The position numbers and the translations under genes are program-made. Below, piece by piece: positions 21,001 through 49,037 of a stretch of DNA of 64,000 nt. This DNA comes from the human T2T-CHM13v2.0 reference genome, Homo sapiens. The stretch lies in assembly GCF_009914755.1 (NCBI RefSeq), contig NC_060941.1. One strand, written 5' to 3'. How positions within the stretch are numbered: position 1 is the stretch's first letter; each line of letters starts with the position of its first letter. Under the pieces are notes generated by a model. The model did not search any database, had not been told where the DNA came from, and saw only the letters and a program-made list of their open reading frames with translations.

Positions 21001-21099
21001 AGTTAACTTAAATATGGAAGCTTTATTGGCTTGCCTTTAACATTTAATTTAGATCTACAATGCCCATGGAACTAATTTTTTCTGAATATGTTTGGTTGA

Positions 21100-21414
<315 letters not shown>

Positions 21415-22173
21415 GAAGGCTTATTTTTTTTCCATATTGATATCCAGTTGTCTTATCACTTTTTAGTGAAAAGACCATCCTTTCTTGTGCAGTGCCACCT
21501 TAACTATAAATTAAGTGTTCATAAAATGGGTGTCTATTTCTGGGCCTTCTCTTCTTTGCCATTGATCTCTTTTTCTATCACTTACCAGTATTCTATTAAT
21601 ATCCAGTAGAGCAAATCTTTCAATCTTGTTTTTCTTCTTAAAGATTAAGTTTTTGGTTATTCTTGGTCTTTAGTGTTTCCATATTAATGTCATTTATTAA
21701 GTATTTTTGCAATTTGATTTCCAACTTAATTGCTCTGTAGTAAGAAAACATACTTTGTATGATTTCAGTCCTTTTAAATTTGAGAGGTTTTTAGTGTATC
21801 TCAACATGTGGTAAATTTTAATAAATATTCTGTGTCTTCTTGAAAAGGATATATCTCCAAAAAAAGTTTTAATTTGAAAGATGTTCTATATATAAGTAGA
21901 AAAATAAGAGGAAACTCAGATCACAAAATATAGAAATGTCTATGGGGCAAAGAAAAATGCCAGAAACTTACCAAACTGTCTTAAGTGCAGGCTTCATCGC
22001 TGATCCCTGGCATAATACTCCTTCGCACAGAACTCCATAAGTATGTGCTGATGTTTTTAGGTATCAAAGTCATGTGACTTAGCATTACTTGAGACAAAAT
22101 ATTTTTTTCTTTTGCCTTGGGTGTACCAGCTGTTGGCTAATAACTCCAAGAATAGGATGTTATTAAACTTTAG

Positions 22174-22398
<225 letters not shown>

Positions 22399-22416
22399 TA
22401 AGAAATGTAGAATTCG

Positions 22417-22802
<386 letters not shown>

Positions 22803-23249
22803 CTAAATGTTGTGATAAATATTATGACTTCCCTGTAGTGTTATATCTAACATAAAAACTGAATTAATGAGTTATGTCTGTTTGTAGTCCTAAATTCCAC
22901 TGTAGTTTTCCTTTTTTGAAAGAAGTTTTGGTTCAAGAGATCTTTTGTACAGCATAGGGACTATAATAGTTAATTATGATATATTCTTAAAAAGTGCCAA
23001 AAGAGTGGATATTAGGTGTTCTCAAATCGCTTTTTCTTATCACTCAAAAGTGGTAACTATGTGCAGTAATACATTTGTAAATTAGCTAGATTTAATCATT
23101 CCACAATGTATACATACTTTAAAACATGTTGTACACGATGAATACATACAATAAAAAAGAAAGAAATTAGCTGCATGCCAGATACAAGAGAAAAAACATG
23201 AAAAAGAAAGAAATTCTGTTTTCAAATTATTTTGTGTTGTTGTTGTTGT

Positions 23250-24324
<1,075 letters not shown>

Positions 24325-24595
24325 TGATTTTTTTTTTTCATGTACGAATTCACATTTTACTCTCTCAAGTATTTTCCCCATGATTGATACTCACATGTAT
24401 TTTCCCTGAAGTACTTACTGTTCTCTGCATTGAAATAACAAGGTAACTACCCCTGGAGACCTCTCTAAATGTCCTAGAAGAGGTAAAGGGTACAATTAGA
24501 GTAATAGACCATCTATTGCCACTGACTAAGGTTGAAGTCAAAATTAGCACTCATCTTTATCTGCTCCATCCAGTTTGTTTCCAAACCTTCAGAGA

Positions 24596-27843
<3,248 letters not shown>

Positions 27844-28055
27844 GACTTTTAACAATTTTCACTTGAGCACCCACTTGAATATGCTTTTGTCTGGCCATAA
27901 AAATCCCACATGGGCACCCTCAGTTCACTAAATACTGCTGTAAACTCATATGACAGGGTCTCCAGTAAATGAGCAAGTTTCTTTTCTCGGCATCTTGGCT
28001 GAGCCACAGCACGAAAAGGCACACCTATCTTGTGATGTGCCTCAAGAGCCTATGA

Positions 28056-29755
<1,700 letters not shown>

Positions 29756-31429
29756 CCACCACCACCACCACCAACAAAAAACTTGTGTAATCAATCTAGG
29801 TGCAAGAAAAAAAAAACAATAAAATATGAAGCTGAGGTCTTTCAAGCCAGTAATATGATATTGCCTTTTTAATTTCAAAAAACATGTTATGGCTAATGAA
29901 TACATGAACATGTAATTCATTCAGATTAAAATATTTACAGTACAATATTTGTGTTTAGAACTCATAGTAACACATTTTATGCAGCAATCTCTGTCAAATT
30001 CATTAGTTTGATTTATACCCAGTGTATAATACACAAACACTGCACACTAACAATCATGTCAACTAAATTATTTTATTGAATAATTAAATGAACATGCCTG
30101 ATAAAAACATAACTCTGTCAAATTCAAATGAAGTCTTATCTAAGTATTTTCACATTTTAGGAGTATAGCGTATCTCTATGTATGTCACTGAAAGCCAGAA
30201 TTATAATTAAGGTTTATTTTTTGCAGGTAGCTAACAAGAAATTTCTTTGCCACAAATGAGTTTGCCAAGGCTACTTTGGTCAAAAGGTTTCTGTCCTCGG
30301 CTCCCCTGTTGCCACTACTGCTGGGTAATGGTTACACTAATCCTCTTTGCATGAGAGGTCCTGATGTGTTTGCTAAACCCAGATCGCTGAAGCACTGGTC
30401 TGGTGACTATATTTTTTGAGAACCACTGCTCTAAAGCACCTAAATTATGTTTTCTGAAACGTTCCCTTCAGGCAAAATGGACTAGTAAAATTTTTGCTGG
30501 GTAACTGAGACACAAAATAATGGCCTTAAAACCTTTTATCCTAATGCTTTGACTTTCTCTCTAATGTGGCTTCTACCACTTGTACCTAGAACAATTAACC
30601 ACATCCTCAACATCAAATTATATTTATAAGGCATATTCAATATGTTGACAGATTTAAGCTTATAGAATGACCAAAATAGAATACAGATAGGAAGCACCAT
30701 AAATGTAACAAAACCACTTCAAAAATGTACCCTGCCATAGCCCTAGTAGTTTAACTAAAATCTTAAGCGACAATGAATTTAAGCTCAATTTGGGGGGTTA
30801 AAAAACAACAGATAAAATTTAGGAATTATTTTTTTAGACGTATGGAGTATTAGGCTGCTCATCTGAAATTATTCTCATCATTCTGAAACCTGTTGCTGTA
30901 CAGCCCTGAGAGCTAATTTGTAAAGGGTTATTAAAAAAACAAACATGAAAACAAAACAAAATACCTAAAATACTCGCTGGCTGCCCTTCGTGGAAGGTGT
31001 TTGCCACCCCATGCACTGCAGAATCCTCTAGCTGTGGTTACTGAGCCTGGCTCTGATTGTTTTGAGGTGGCCATGGTGAGAACCGCTCACAGGCAGATAG
31101 TTTGCCATCTTTGATCTGAAAGTTGAATTCCCTATTTTGTTGAGAACCTCACATAATAAATTATTCTTTTGGACCTCCATATTGTGTAATTCAGTACACT
31201 CCACTGATGGCTTTCATTGGAATATATATTATATAAAGAATACATCAATATTTCTGTTCCTGGCCATATATTCCTGTGTATACTATAAAAGATTGGTTTT
31301 GACATAGACAGTCTTCTTGAAATTCTGCTTTGTCAAGGATATTAATAATATAGTTTGTTTTATTAAAATCCTATTTTCCCCATCTTCTCTCTGCTTGACC
31401 CAATTCCAGTCATTCCACAAGCACAGCTT

Positions 31430-32520
31430 CATTCCATTAACATTGATGCAGCCCCTTCTGGGTATCACTCACTGTGCTGGAGGCTGGGAGAAAACAGTGA
31501 ACAGGACAGGCCTGGCCCTGCCCTCACTGAGTGGACAGTGCTCCCACACTTTCTTACTTCTATGAGGAAGGAATATATTTCACAGGAAACATCCTAAAAT
31601 CCTAGAAACTACAGTGACAATTTACAGCTCAGAATGGAAGAAGTAGGCAGAAAAAGGCTCGCCTTTCTTGAAAGTGTCCAGAAGGCAAGAATGAAAAGAA
31701 ACAAGGGAATCTTAATACACCAATCTACCTTCACATAACATTTACAAATATGCATCAGAAAGTGCCCAATCATGGTTCAAGAAATCCTCAAGTTAGCCGA
31801 CACAACTGAACAGCAACTCAACAGGGAGAGTCCAAATTGAGACTAGAGGTCAGGAAATGCATCTCCAAGGAGTCATATTTAAGCAGAGACTTGAATGGTG
31901 GGATGTAAACAGACAGGTGGAAAAAATGGGAAGAAGCATTTTCAGCAGGTAAACCCACGTGCAAAGGGTGAGAAGAGAGTGTGGCTCAGTGGACTGAAAG
32001 GCGGCCTGGTGGGGAGGAGGCAGGAGGTGAAACGAAGGCTGTCAGGAGGTGAGATGGTGAACCTTGCTGAGAAGTGTGTGCTATCTTAGAAGCAATGGAA
32101 AGCTGCTGAATGTTGTAAACAAGCAACCAATTATATCTAATTTGCATTTTTCAAAGGTAACTTAGCAGCAATGTGGAGAACATAATGTACTACTGAGTTC
32201 AGAGACAGGGAGACCTACAGTAAGAAAGCAATTGCAGAAAGCGAGGTGAGTGCAGCTTTGCATTAAGTGGGTGAGTAGAGCTAGAGAGAATGAAATGCAG
32301 TTGAGTATAATGTGGAGATAAAGTATTCAGAATTTGCTATTTACTGGATGTGTCAAGGATGACTCCCAAGTCTCTAGTGTAAGTTCCTGGTGAATGACAG
32401 AACCACTAACAGAGACAAGGAATAGGGAAGGAAGAGTAGGCTTAGGGGTGTGTGAGCCAGGTGAAGAAAGCAAGTTGGGACTTGTTACATTTTAAGTGCT
32501 TGTGAGACAACAATGTTACT
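31430..32520 (+). mobile_element. Old L2-like fragments
   Basis: Purine-rich degenerate L2 motifs (GCAGAGACTTGAATG, TTTGCATTTT..AAAG, GGATGACTCCCAAG); orientation and limits approximate. Confidence 0.5.
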
Positions 32521-32621
32521 TGTTAGAGATGCCTTTGTGTTCTAGTCACTGGTCCTATTGTCCAACTCTGAGGTCTTTCAGTCATCATAGGTCATTTCAG
32601 GCTTCAAAGTCTGGTAACAAT

Positions 32622-33027
32622 CAATGATAGACTGGATAAAGAAAATGTGACACATACACACCATGGAATACTATGCAGCCATAAAAAAAGGATGAGTTCA
32701 TGTCCTTTGCAGGGACATGGATGAAGCTGGAAACCATCATTCTCAGCAAACTAACACAGGAACAGAAAACCAAACACTGCATGTTCTCACTCATAGGTGG
32801 GAGTTGAACAATGAGAACACATGGACACAGGGAGGGGAACATCACACACTGGGGCCTGACAGTGGGGGGGCTAGGGGAGGGATAGCATTAGGAGAAATAC
32901 CTAATGTAGATGACAGGTTGATGGGTGCAGGAAACCACCATGGCATGTATATACCTATGTAACAAACCTGCACATTCTGCAACATGTATCCTAGAACTTA
33001 AAGTGTAATTGAAAAAAAAAAAAAGCA
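32622..33027 (+). mobile_element. Short 5'-truncated L1PA 3' end
   Basis: L1 3'UTR plus A-tail; 17-bp TSD CAAAGTCTGGTAACAAT 32605-32621 and 33028-33044. Confidence 0.93.
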
Positions 33028-33071
33028 CAAAGTCTGGTAACAATGCCTGGTATTTAAAAATAGCATTTTAA

Positions 33072-33706
<635 letters not shown>

Positions 33707-34284
33707 TTAACTTAATTTAGTTATTGCTATGTAATCCAACTATGCTGGTTCTGCTATACCTTATTAAATGTGTATTCATGTGTCTCAACATTTTCTTTCA
33801 ACAAATTCTTAGTTACACTCTTAGACGAATAGTTTGCTAGCAAGTTTAATTTGGGAAGTGATTAAAAATAAATCAGTGACTAATTGCATAATAACTTTAA
33901 CAGGAATTAGAAAAAATAAAATAGTATTAAAATAGGATCTCATATCGAAAAGTATGAGAGGGTGCTGTGTTTCATATGATTCTAGGATTACTAATACTAC
34001 TTTCCTACTTAACATCAAATAAAAAGCTTAAGGCTATTAAAGTTTAGAGAAATGTATCCCATTTATTCTTAGATCAAAATATATCCTCTATTCATATGTT
34101 TGAATAAACTGAGAATCAGAATCTCATTCTCAAATTTGGCTACAAATAAATCCACATCTTCCCTCACCTGCACCAGCTCTTCAGCACCTGGACACAGGAC
34201 CGTGCTTCGCACATCTTGCTCAGCACGGTGCCCTGCACAGGGGAAAAGTTCCATGAGCAGATATTGAACCGAATTGAGCTAGTG

Positions 34285-34780
34285 TTCTTTTCTCTTTTCT
34301 TTGCTTTGCTTTGCTTCGCTTCGCTTCTTTTCCTTCCTTCCTTCCTTTCCTTCCTTCCTTCCTTCCTTCCTTCCTTCCTTCCTTCCTTCCTTCCTTCCTT
34401 CCTTCCCTCCCTCCCTCCTTCCTTCCTTCCTTCTCTCTCTCTGTCTTTCTTTCCTATTATATCTCCCTTTCTTTTATTTCCTTTTTTTTTTTTTTTGGCG
34501 GAGTCTCGCTCTGTCTCCCAGGCTGGAGTGCAGTGGCACACAATCTCGGCTTACTGTAACCTCCACCTCCTAAGTTCAAGCAATTCTCCTACTTCAGCTT
34601 CCTGAGGAGCTGGGATTACAGGTGCGCACCACCACGCCCAGCTATTTATTTTTATTTTTAGTAGAGATTAAGTTTCACCATGTTGGCCAGGCTGGTCTTG
34701 AACCCCTAACCTCAAGTAATGCACTCGCCTTGGCCTCCCAAAATGCTGGGATTACAGGCATTAGCCACCACGCCCGACCT
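34285..34780 (-). repeat. (TTCC)n/(TTTGC)n simple repeat followed by antisense AluS (34480-34780)
   Basis: Polypyrimidine tract 34285-34455; GAGCTAGTG at both outer ends suggests the tract is an expanded Alu tail. Confidence 0.88.
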
Positions 34781-35130
34781 GAGCTAGTGCTTTTTCTAAT
34801 TAGCTTGACTATTTTCTGTGTTTTCCACACTGGGAGTAGATAACAAGGAGCAGCATTCTCTCATATGACTAAACATCAGTATTAGCTTCCAGGTTTTCCT
34901 TCATCAGGGAAGGTGACTACATCCACTTTCCTCCCATGTTGTTATCTTCCCATTAATGCATTTTCTAAACTCAAATCTACTCAGAGCAGGCCCGGTACTG
35001 AATAGAAGGAGGTTCTATAGGTAGCCTCTTTTTTCTCCATATGCTCCCTAAACATTTCAAAATACATATTCTTTATTTTTACAGAATAACAGGTTTATAA
35101 ATATTAACATGTATTGATGCTGTTAAATAA

Positions 35131-35973
<843 letters not shown>

Positions 35974-36093
35974 TAAAGTAACTAAAGACAGGATTATCAA
36001 GGTCTTCCATAAAAAACTAAGTTCTACGTGAACAGCTATTTAAAGGGCTGAAAAAAGTCATGTTCAATGTCAGTTTGGTTTTGCAACATGTCA

Positions 36094-36300
<207 letters not shown>

Positions 36301-36870
36301 TCAATGAGTCTGCAGAATATCTGGTGCCAGCTGCAGGCATGAGAACAAGCACAGTGCAGAGCCTGGGCTGCACCTGGGTCCACACAGAAACACCATCAGA
36401 ACAGGGAGGACAAAGTGGAGGAGTTTACTGTGAGGTCAGGCACTGCTGCTCCACAGAGGGCAAGACTGCAGATGTGCCACATTAGCGATCAGAGATTTAA
36501 ACAGTTGCCCCGAGGGGATGGGGCATTTCGGGCAGAACAAACCTCCATGCAGGGCACAGAGGCACGGAAGGACACTGTGAGCTTACAGGGCAGTGCAACA
36601 GGATGGAACTTGTATTTTAGGAAACTACAGAGAGCTGCAGAGAGCTGAGTCTTGGGAGGTGGGCTGGGCCACATTGTAAGGGGCCTTGAATATCAAAATA
36701 TGGAGCAGAGACTGGCTCCAGGCAAGGTGGGGTTAAGGGAGTTTTTTAAGGAGGGAGAGACAATAGCAACTTGTTCTGTGTGAAGAGGACCTGGTGGGGG
36801 CCTGGGGCCTGGGACAGGAGGAGAGGCTTGCAGGAGTCAGGGCGGGGAGACTTGCTTTGGAAATCTGTAG

Positions 36871-37185
<315 letters not shown>

Positions 37186-38519
37186 AAGAGTGGGAATCTT
37201 TACAGCTCCGTTTTACATACAGATCTAATTGGAAGGTAATTCACAATCAAGAATAAGTTAATATAGAGACCATGTCATTTGGAATTTAACCAATTATTTG
37301 GAGGTGGTACAGTAGCACATTTATCTCTTGGTGTACATTCAGGTTTTGTCCTTTTTTTGTTTCTCCTTTTCTAAACAGCTATGATTAAATCAAAGTGGTG
37401 GTGATTTTGCAGTGACAATGACTCTGCTGCAGAGGCTTCCTGCGTCTCAGAACCTGTGTCCTTCCCTAGCCTGAGGCCAGAGTATGAGCGTGTCCTCCTT
37501 CCTCAGAGGGAGCCCTGCCTCCCTGCTCAAGAGTCTCTCCTAGGAAGGGGTGGGCTTGGGAGGCTGCCCTGGGGTGGCCCCAAGGCTCCTAATGACTGGT
37601 GCCTGGCATTTGCCAGCAGCCTCGGCCAGGTGCTCGTCAGGACTGCGGGGCTGTGAGGACACAACCCAGTAGAAACTGGTCATTTGGTGAGTCATATAGC
37701 GGGCATCGCTCAGCCCTGGATTAGGGTCACAAAAAGATGACCCTCAGGAAAAGTCTCACCGAAAGTGGTCAATGTGGGCCTCTGAAAATGGGCCCAGAGG
37801 GAAGAGAGGCTGGGGAGGGAAGAGCTTAGGGGATCTGCAGAGCTAACGACAGAGGGACCCAGGATGAGCCAAGGCCTAGTGGGTCAACAGAAGGTGCTGG
37901 ATGAAGCCGTGACAAGAACATGTGTTCAAGGCCGCTCCTCATGGCCATCTAGTTTCTGTCAGGATCACAGGCTGGGGCACGTGCTTCTCCTACGGACTGA
38001 GGGCTGCTTTAGAAACTGATGTGTTTTCTTATCAGAACACTTCTCGTCACCTCTGGAGAACATCCTGGCCTGGTCATCAGAGCCTCCAAGCGTCATGTGT
38101 CCCCTTTAATTCCTATGGGGCGTCCAGCACATGCATTGTTCCCGGCAGCCTCTGGAGGGACTCACTCTACTCCTCAGTGGAGGGGCACAGCCATGCCGAG
38201 AGGAAGCATGCCCCGTCACACATGGCCAACTGGCTCTCTGCAGAAAGGGGCAGTGCTGTTCCAAAGGCCCTCTCAGGTGGCTTCACGTGACAGGAGAGAC
38301 AATGGGCAATGGAAATAACCAGGACAAAGCCTCCAGGCTGCATCTCTAACACACAAGATGCTCAGAAGAACCCAATTTGATCTGTGTGGTGTAAATGAAA
38401 AATTTGAGGCTGGGCATGGTGGCTCACACCTTTAATCCCAGCACTTTGGGAGGCTTATGTGAGAGGATCACCTGAGCCCAGGAGTTCAAGACCAGCCTCG
38501 ACAACACAGCAAGACCCTG

Positions 38520-38933
38520 TGTATTAGTCCATTCTCACACTGCTATAAAGAAATACCTGAGACTGGGTAATTTATTAAGAAAAGAGGTTTAATTGTCTCA
38601 AGGTTCTGCAGGCTATGCAGGAAGCATGGCAGCTTCTCCTTCTGGGGAGGCCTCAGGAAGCCTTCAATCATGGCAGAAGGGGAAGGGGAGTGAGATCTCT
38701 CACCCGGCGGGAGCAGGAGCAATAGAAAGCAAGCGGGGAGGCGCTGCACACTTTTAAACAACCAGATCTCACAAGAACTCACTGTCGCAAGAACAGCACC
38801 AAGACAATGGTGTTAACCATTCATGAGAAACCTTCCCCATAATCCAGTCACCTCCCACCAGGCCCCACCTCCACCACTAGGGATTACAGTTCGACATAAG
38901 ATTTAGGTGGGGACACAGATCCAAACCATATCA
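38520..38933 (-). mobile_element. MSTA-like solo LTR inserted in an AluJ (Alu halves ~38407-38519 and ~38934-39097)
   Basis: TGTATTAGTCCATTCTCACACTGCTATAAAG...GATCCAAACCATATCA; Alu resumes at TCTCTACTAAAAATA. Confidence 0.87.
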
Positions 38934-39161
38934 CCTTCTCTCTACTAAAAATAATAATAATAAAAGCCAGATATGGTGGCTGAAGCAGGAGGATCACTTA
39001 AGCCCAGGAGTTCAAGGCTGCATTGAGCTATGATGGCACCACAGCCTAAACAACAGAGTGAGGCCCTGTCTCAAAACAAAAACAAACAAACAAAAAACTG
39101 ATTTGGATTTGTATTTCAGTCTTCTGTTTTCTGTTCTTTAATACCCTTATTAAAGAAACCG

Positions 39162-42769
<3,608 letters not shown>

Positions 42770-43506
42770 AAAGAAACCGCACAGCTTATCTTCATTTTGG
42801 TACTCCAATCTCAATATCATTTTTTAAATTGCTTCAGCAGTGGGAAGAGATTCCCAGGGAGATATTGTGATATTCTCCAGCCAAAGCTTTATTACTAAGG
42901 TTCCTGTTGAGGGAAAATTCAAATAGAGGAAAAGCCTCATATTTATTGTAAGAAAGTTTAAGGGTAGTTGCCAAAAAAAAAAAAAAAATCCCAAACTCAA
43001 TGCAAAATTACTGTTGCAGTATTTTTCCATTCTTATATCTGTAATAATAAGCAAAATGATCAATGAGCCACATTTCAACCCTTAAAATAAGTATACTTAC
43101 CAATTACTCAAAGAAGCTCACAGTAATCTCCAGGCTATCTTGAACAACCAACCTGCTAAAGATGCCACAGGTGCCTCAACACTGAAGGAATCAGGTCTAT
43201 GCCAGCTCAGCTACTTCCTAAAGTTAAACCTTGGAATACACACACATTGAGTTTCTCTACAGCTTTAGGATGCACAGTGGTTGTTATTGTTGCTAGACAA
43301 GTCCTTGAAGATTATCCTCTGACTCAAAGCTTTAAAGAAAAATCTTACTGGAAAGGAATTCTTTGGTGAGATGTAGATCAGCATGGCACGCTGTAGGCAA
43401 CATTTAGGAAGGAAGGCTGATTTCTTCTCTCTCATTCCAAATGCCTTTGTGATACCTGCTTGGGCATTGCCCAGGGATTCCAGCAGTCAGAGGTTCTGTA
43501 GGATGG

Positions 43507-43750
43507 TTTTTCTTTTTTTTTAAATCCTGCCTCAGGTTTATTTGTACAAATAGCACAGGAGGACACCAGCCCCATGCATATAGCAGCCCAGGGGTCACAC
43601 CAGTCCTTCTGTTCTCAGATTGACAGAGACCTCTACTCTGAAGGCTGCCTGGTGGCCTGGACACCTTTGGAAGCCTGAGCTAGAACTGAAGCTGGAGCTG
43701 CAGACTGGGCCTTGGTTTGATCCTTGGCCTTTGGCCGGCAGAACCTGAAG
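43507..43750 (-). pseudogene. 5'-truncated RPL29 processed pseudogene
   Basis: Peptide FCRPKAKDQTKAQSAAPASVLAQASKG..PSE* matches RPL29 C-terminus; 3'UTR TGTGCTATTTGTACAAATAAACCTGAGGCAGG; AATAAA (minus) 43537-43542; T-run 43507-43521. Confidence 0.85.
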
Positions 43751-44185
43751 GATGACATTTCTAGCAGAGCTCCAGGGAAGTCTTGCTGGACAGGGCATCT
43801 CCTCTGCCCCACCCTTGCTCCTCGAGTCCAGGCTCTTTGCATGGAGGCCCAGTGAACATGGCTGGAGCTCTAAACTTATGTGCTGGTGGACAAAGGTCAG
43901 TGACAATCACAGGACACCCCTCTTAACCTATGCATGTAACTTACCAGTGGCTCTTTGGAAATATGGCCTCACCTCTGCTCTCTAGTTCACAGTGACTTGA
44001 ATGCCTGGGTGTCAGGTTAGGACAGGGTCCCATTTCAGGAGCTAGCAAATGGAAGAAAGCAGGAGGGCAAGGCAGCAGGCAGGTGATAATGTAGACTGTG
44101 GCCAGATGGAGTAGGTTCCAACCTTGGACCACCATTCATCTGCTGTGTGAACAGAGGGTGGACACCTTTAAGTGGTAGGGGACTC

Positions 44186-44370
44186 TGGCTGGGCACGGTG
44201 GCTCACGCCTATAATCCCAGCACTTCAGGAGGCCAAGGCGGGTGGATTGCCTGAGGTCAGGAGTTTGAGACCAGCCTGGCCAACATGTCGAAACCCCATC
44301 TCTACTAAAAATGCAAAAATTAGCTGGGCATGGTGACGGGTGCCTGTAATCCCAGCTACTCAGGTGGCTG
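44186..44370 (+). mobile_element. 3'-truncated AluS
   Basis: Left arm plus start of right arm, no tail. Confidence 0.85.
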
Positions 44371-44994
44371 ACTGTGCATCTGTGGCTGGGGTGGGTGAGG
44401 CTTTGTTTGGTATTTTTATTGCCTATTTTTCTTTTTTTATGCTCAAAGCTACTCCTGGGCAAGTTCCCTGACTCTTGAATCTTTTTCAAAATTTAGCTCT
44501 TCTGTAATATTTAAACTTAGCTAAGTTGGCCACTATGCAAGCCTCCTGGATTTCCTTCCTTCAAGATATTATAGCATGACTCTTTTGCTAAATTTGTATT
44601 CTCATGCAATATTAGCATGAGGAAAATTTTACAACATTTAAAAAAGTGAATATAGCTACTGATAATGAATGTTAAGCTACATTGACATTCATTTTGGAAT
44701 TAGTGATCACCTACTAAGTTGAACCACATGAAATTTCTGTGGTGTAAATCAAGTCGGTTGAGTACAGGTGACTTCATATGGTTGAACCTACAGGTGACCC
44801 TGGATCACTCCTCCACTCCTCATTTTGTAATCCAAGAAAAGGACTCTCAGGATGTGAAGTAACTTACTCATGGTCACATAAATTATTAGGCGTTGACTTA
44901 GAAACATATAATGTATTTTCTTAACTAAGGGAGTGAAAAATTCTTATTACTACTCCATTTACGAATTGCCTTGGCTATTCTTGCATGTAAATAG

Positions 44995-45388
<394 letters not shown>

Positions 45389-46941
45389 TAATTTCATTTT
45401 ACTTGAGGGATAATTTAGGGGAAAGTAACATCTTTGTAATAGTGAGTCTTGATACCCAAGGATGCAATGTATTTAAGTCTTCTATCATGCCCTTCAGTGG
45501 TGTTTTGAATATTTCTTCATGGAAAGCTTAGGACATTTTTAATTTTTTTGTTTCAGATTCAGGGGTCAATTTTTCCTTTATTTTGAACTAATTATGCATA
45601 CATATGAACAATTGTTTTCTGAAGTTACTTTCACAGGGAAGACCTTTACTGAATTTTCTTAATGTTGTTTTTCAAGGTACTGGCTTATGTTTCCAAGAAA
45701 CAAATAAAGATAATTTTACTTTGTTTTTAATGTTTATGCTTCTTGTTGTACTCCCTTCTCTAATTTAATGTGCCTGATAACTTTTGAAAGTAAGAATAGA
45801 GACACAGGAAAGAGGCCAGAAGGTTGGAATAAGGGCTAAATAAAGAAACTTATTGCCACCAAAATAAAGACGAATCCAGGTTAATCCTCTCTGGTATTGA
45901 CTTGTGAGAAAAGATGGACATCGGCATGTAGGACCTTAGAACGACAGGAAGAATGAAGAAAAGAGCCTCAGAGCACAGCCTGGTGATATCATAGAAGACA
46001 TGTATTTAAGGCATTTCATCTCTCGGTGACGACTTGCTTCAGGTCCTTGCACATGCATATATGGAGAGAAGGGTGTCAAAGCACAATCTCATGTTTGCTC
46101 TGATTTTTCTCTCTATGAATTGTTTTTAATTTCCTTTTTTCAGAGACCAACAGATTTGTAGAAAATGAGGCAAGATTATTTACAGAACATTAGCTTCTGT
46201 ATATAATGTTTATATTTATATTATGACATTTTGTTGACATGGCCAAAACGATTTTACCTTTAGGTAAATAGAAGAACTGCTTGATCGAAAAGATGCCCAC
46301 TTTTCAAGAGCACAGTTGAAGGGAACAGTTGAAGGTGATAATCACAATAACATAATGGTAGGAAGAACAGAAATTGCTGTGTGCTTGCTTTATGCCAAGC
46401 ATTGAGCACAACTTTGAAATGGTTAAATCTCATTTAATCCCCACAATAATAATGACTGTTTTATAGATGAAGAAACTAGAGTTTACAGAAGGGAAATTAC
46501 TCAAATCTACAGTTTATAACTGGTTTTTATTTTCACAGCCAGGTCTGTAGGACTTTAAAGCCCCAGCCTAGGCACTACTTTTGTCCTAAAGATGTGCATT
46601 TATTGTCTGTGATATGTAAGAGACCATAAATATTGGTCTCAATGCAAATTAATTTTCAAAGATCTATCAACAAAAGTAAGCTTGGTAAAAGATGATTTTA
46701 AACAGAACATTCAGTAAAGATTAAACAAGATGCACAATCCAATCAAAGAAAATGTGTTAAGTCCTCACAGGGGCATTTTCTACAGATTTACACATAGCTT
46801 TTCCATGTGAAAAGGAAACTATGTAATTCTTGTTTAGCTTCCTCCATCTAAAGTGACACAATGTACCAAATAGCTTAAATTAATGGTTAGATTTGGTTAA
46901 TTATCAAGGCTTCCTCTTTGAAAATCATAAATTTATTTTAC

Positions 46942-47243
46942 TTTTTTTTTTTTTTTTTTTGAGGCGGAGTTTTGCTCTTGTTGCCCAGGCTGGAGTGCAG
47001 TGGCGTGATCTCGGCTCACTGCAACCTCCGCCTTCTGGATTGAAGTGATTCTTCTGCCTCAGCCTTCCGAGTAGTGGGGATTACAGGCACCCACCACCAC
47101 ACCCAGCTAATTTTTGTATTTTTAGTAGAGACAGGGTTTTACCAGGTTGGCCAGGCTGGTCTCGAACTCCTGACCTCAGGTGATTCACCTGCCTCGGCCT
47201 CCCAAAGTGCTGGGATTACAGGTGTGAGCCACCGCACCTGTCC
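46942..47243 (-). mobile_element. AluS
   Basis: TSD AAAATCATAAATTTA. Confidence 0.92.
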
Positions 47244-48488
47244 AAAAATCATAAATTTAACTTGGATATGGAATTAATTTGGCCCTTTCTTTATTTCAGT
47301 GAAAGACGTATAAAAAATTGCCCCCTTATCAACACAAAGGGTTTCTCCTGACCATTATTTCCAGGTATGCACAGTCTCCTAACTATGACAACAGAAATCA
47401 TTCTGAACTCCTTCCATTTCCCAGGGAGAAAACAGAAGCACCTTGGGCAGAGTGAAAAAGAAACCACCTGGAGAGGAGGCCCTGCAACATGAACCCATCT
47501 TTAGGCCCAAGGGCATTCTGACATCTGAAATCAAAGTCATGATTGCCTCCATTTCTAGAAAATGTTCCAGAAATATTTCCAGGATATATAATTATTAAAG
47601 CACAGGCTTTGTTGTCTTTAGGCTTGGAAAGGTCTTTGAAAGTTATTTGGATTAAATCATTAGAAATTTACTAACACTGATATCAAGTTAATGGTTAAAA
47701 ACAAAGCTTTGTCCACCCCCAGGCCCAGGAGAAATGTGCACATATGTTCACCAAGAGACGTGTACAAGTATTTTCACACCAATATTATGAGCCAAAAACT
47801 CAAAACAACCCAAATGTTCACCTAAAGTGGAATAAACACAGTATTGTGGCGTTCCTATAACGAACTACTACTACGCAACGAGCACAAATAAACTCTAACT
47901 CCCAATAATGTGACCGGATCTCACAAACATTGTATTGGAATACGGAGGCCAGACCCAAAAGAGGATGTTGTACATGGATGAAATTTATAGAAAATTCAAA
48001 AACAGGCAAAGCTGATACATGGTATTAGACAGGGCAATGATTATCCTTAGTGCAGAGGGAGACAGTGACTAGAATGATGCATGAGGGAGGTTCTGGGTTT
48101 CTGGGAATGTTCTGTTACTGTTCGTGTTAGGAGGAGGGGTGCAAAGGGTAGTGACGAGGCCCACCCTCTGGACCCTGCAGCATGAGAGAGAGTCTTGATC
48201 CTGATGGCAGAAACCATCCCCCGAGCCCAGGGCCACCCATAGGACAGACACCACGAAGCCACATTCTGAGGCCAGTCTCAGCCATTCTTGCTGCCCTCCA
48301 ACCCTGTCCCAGCCAAAGATGAACCTCCAGGGGTGGGGAAGGATGGACAGACAGCATCCAATGCACTCTGAGAGCCTCTGCACCTGGGTGGATGAATCTT
48401 TGTGTCCAGGGCTGGCTGTCAGTAGATCCAGGCTTTCATTCCTAGAAGTGGTTAGTTTCCAAGATTTTCAGAAAATAATGTCTAATTA

Positions 48489-49037
<549 letters not shown>

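Noticed and set aside
34216-34605. LPSF-repeat and other Alu-derived ORFs across the window
   Set aside because: Translations of (TTCC)n and Alu consensus
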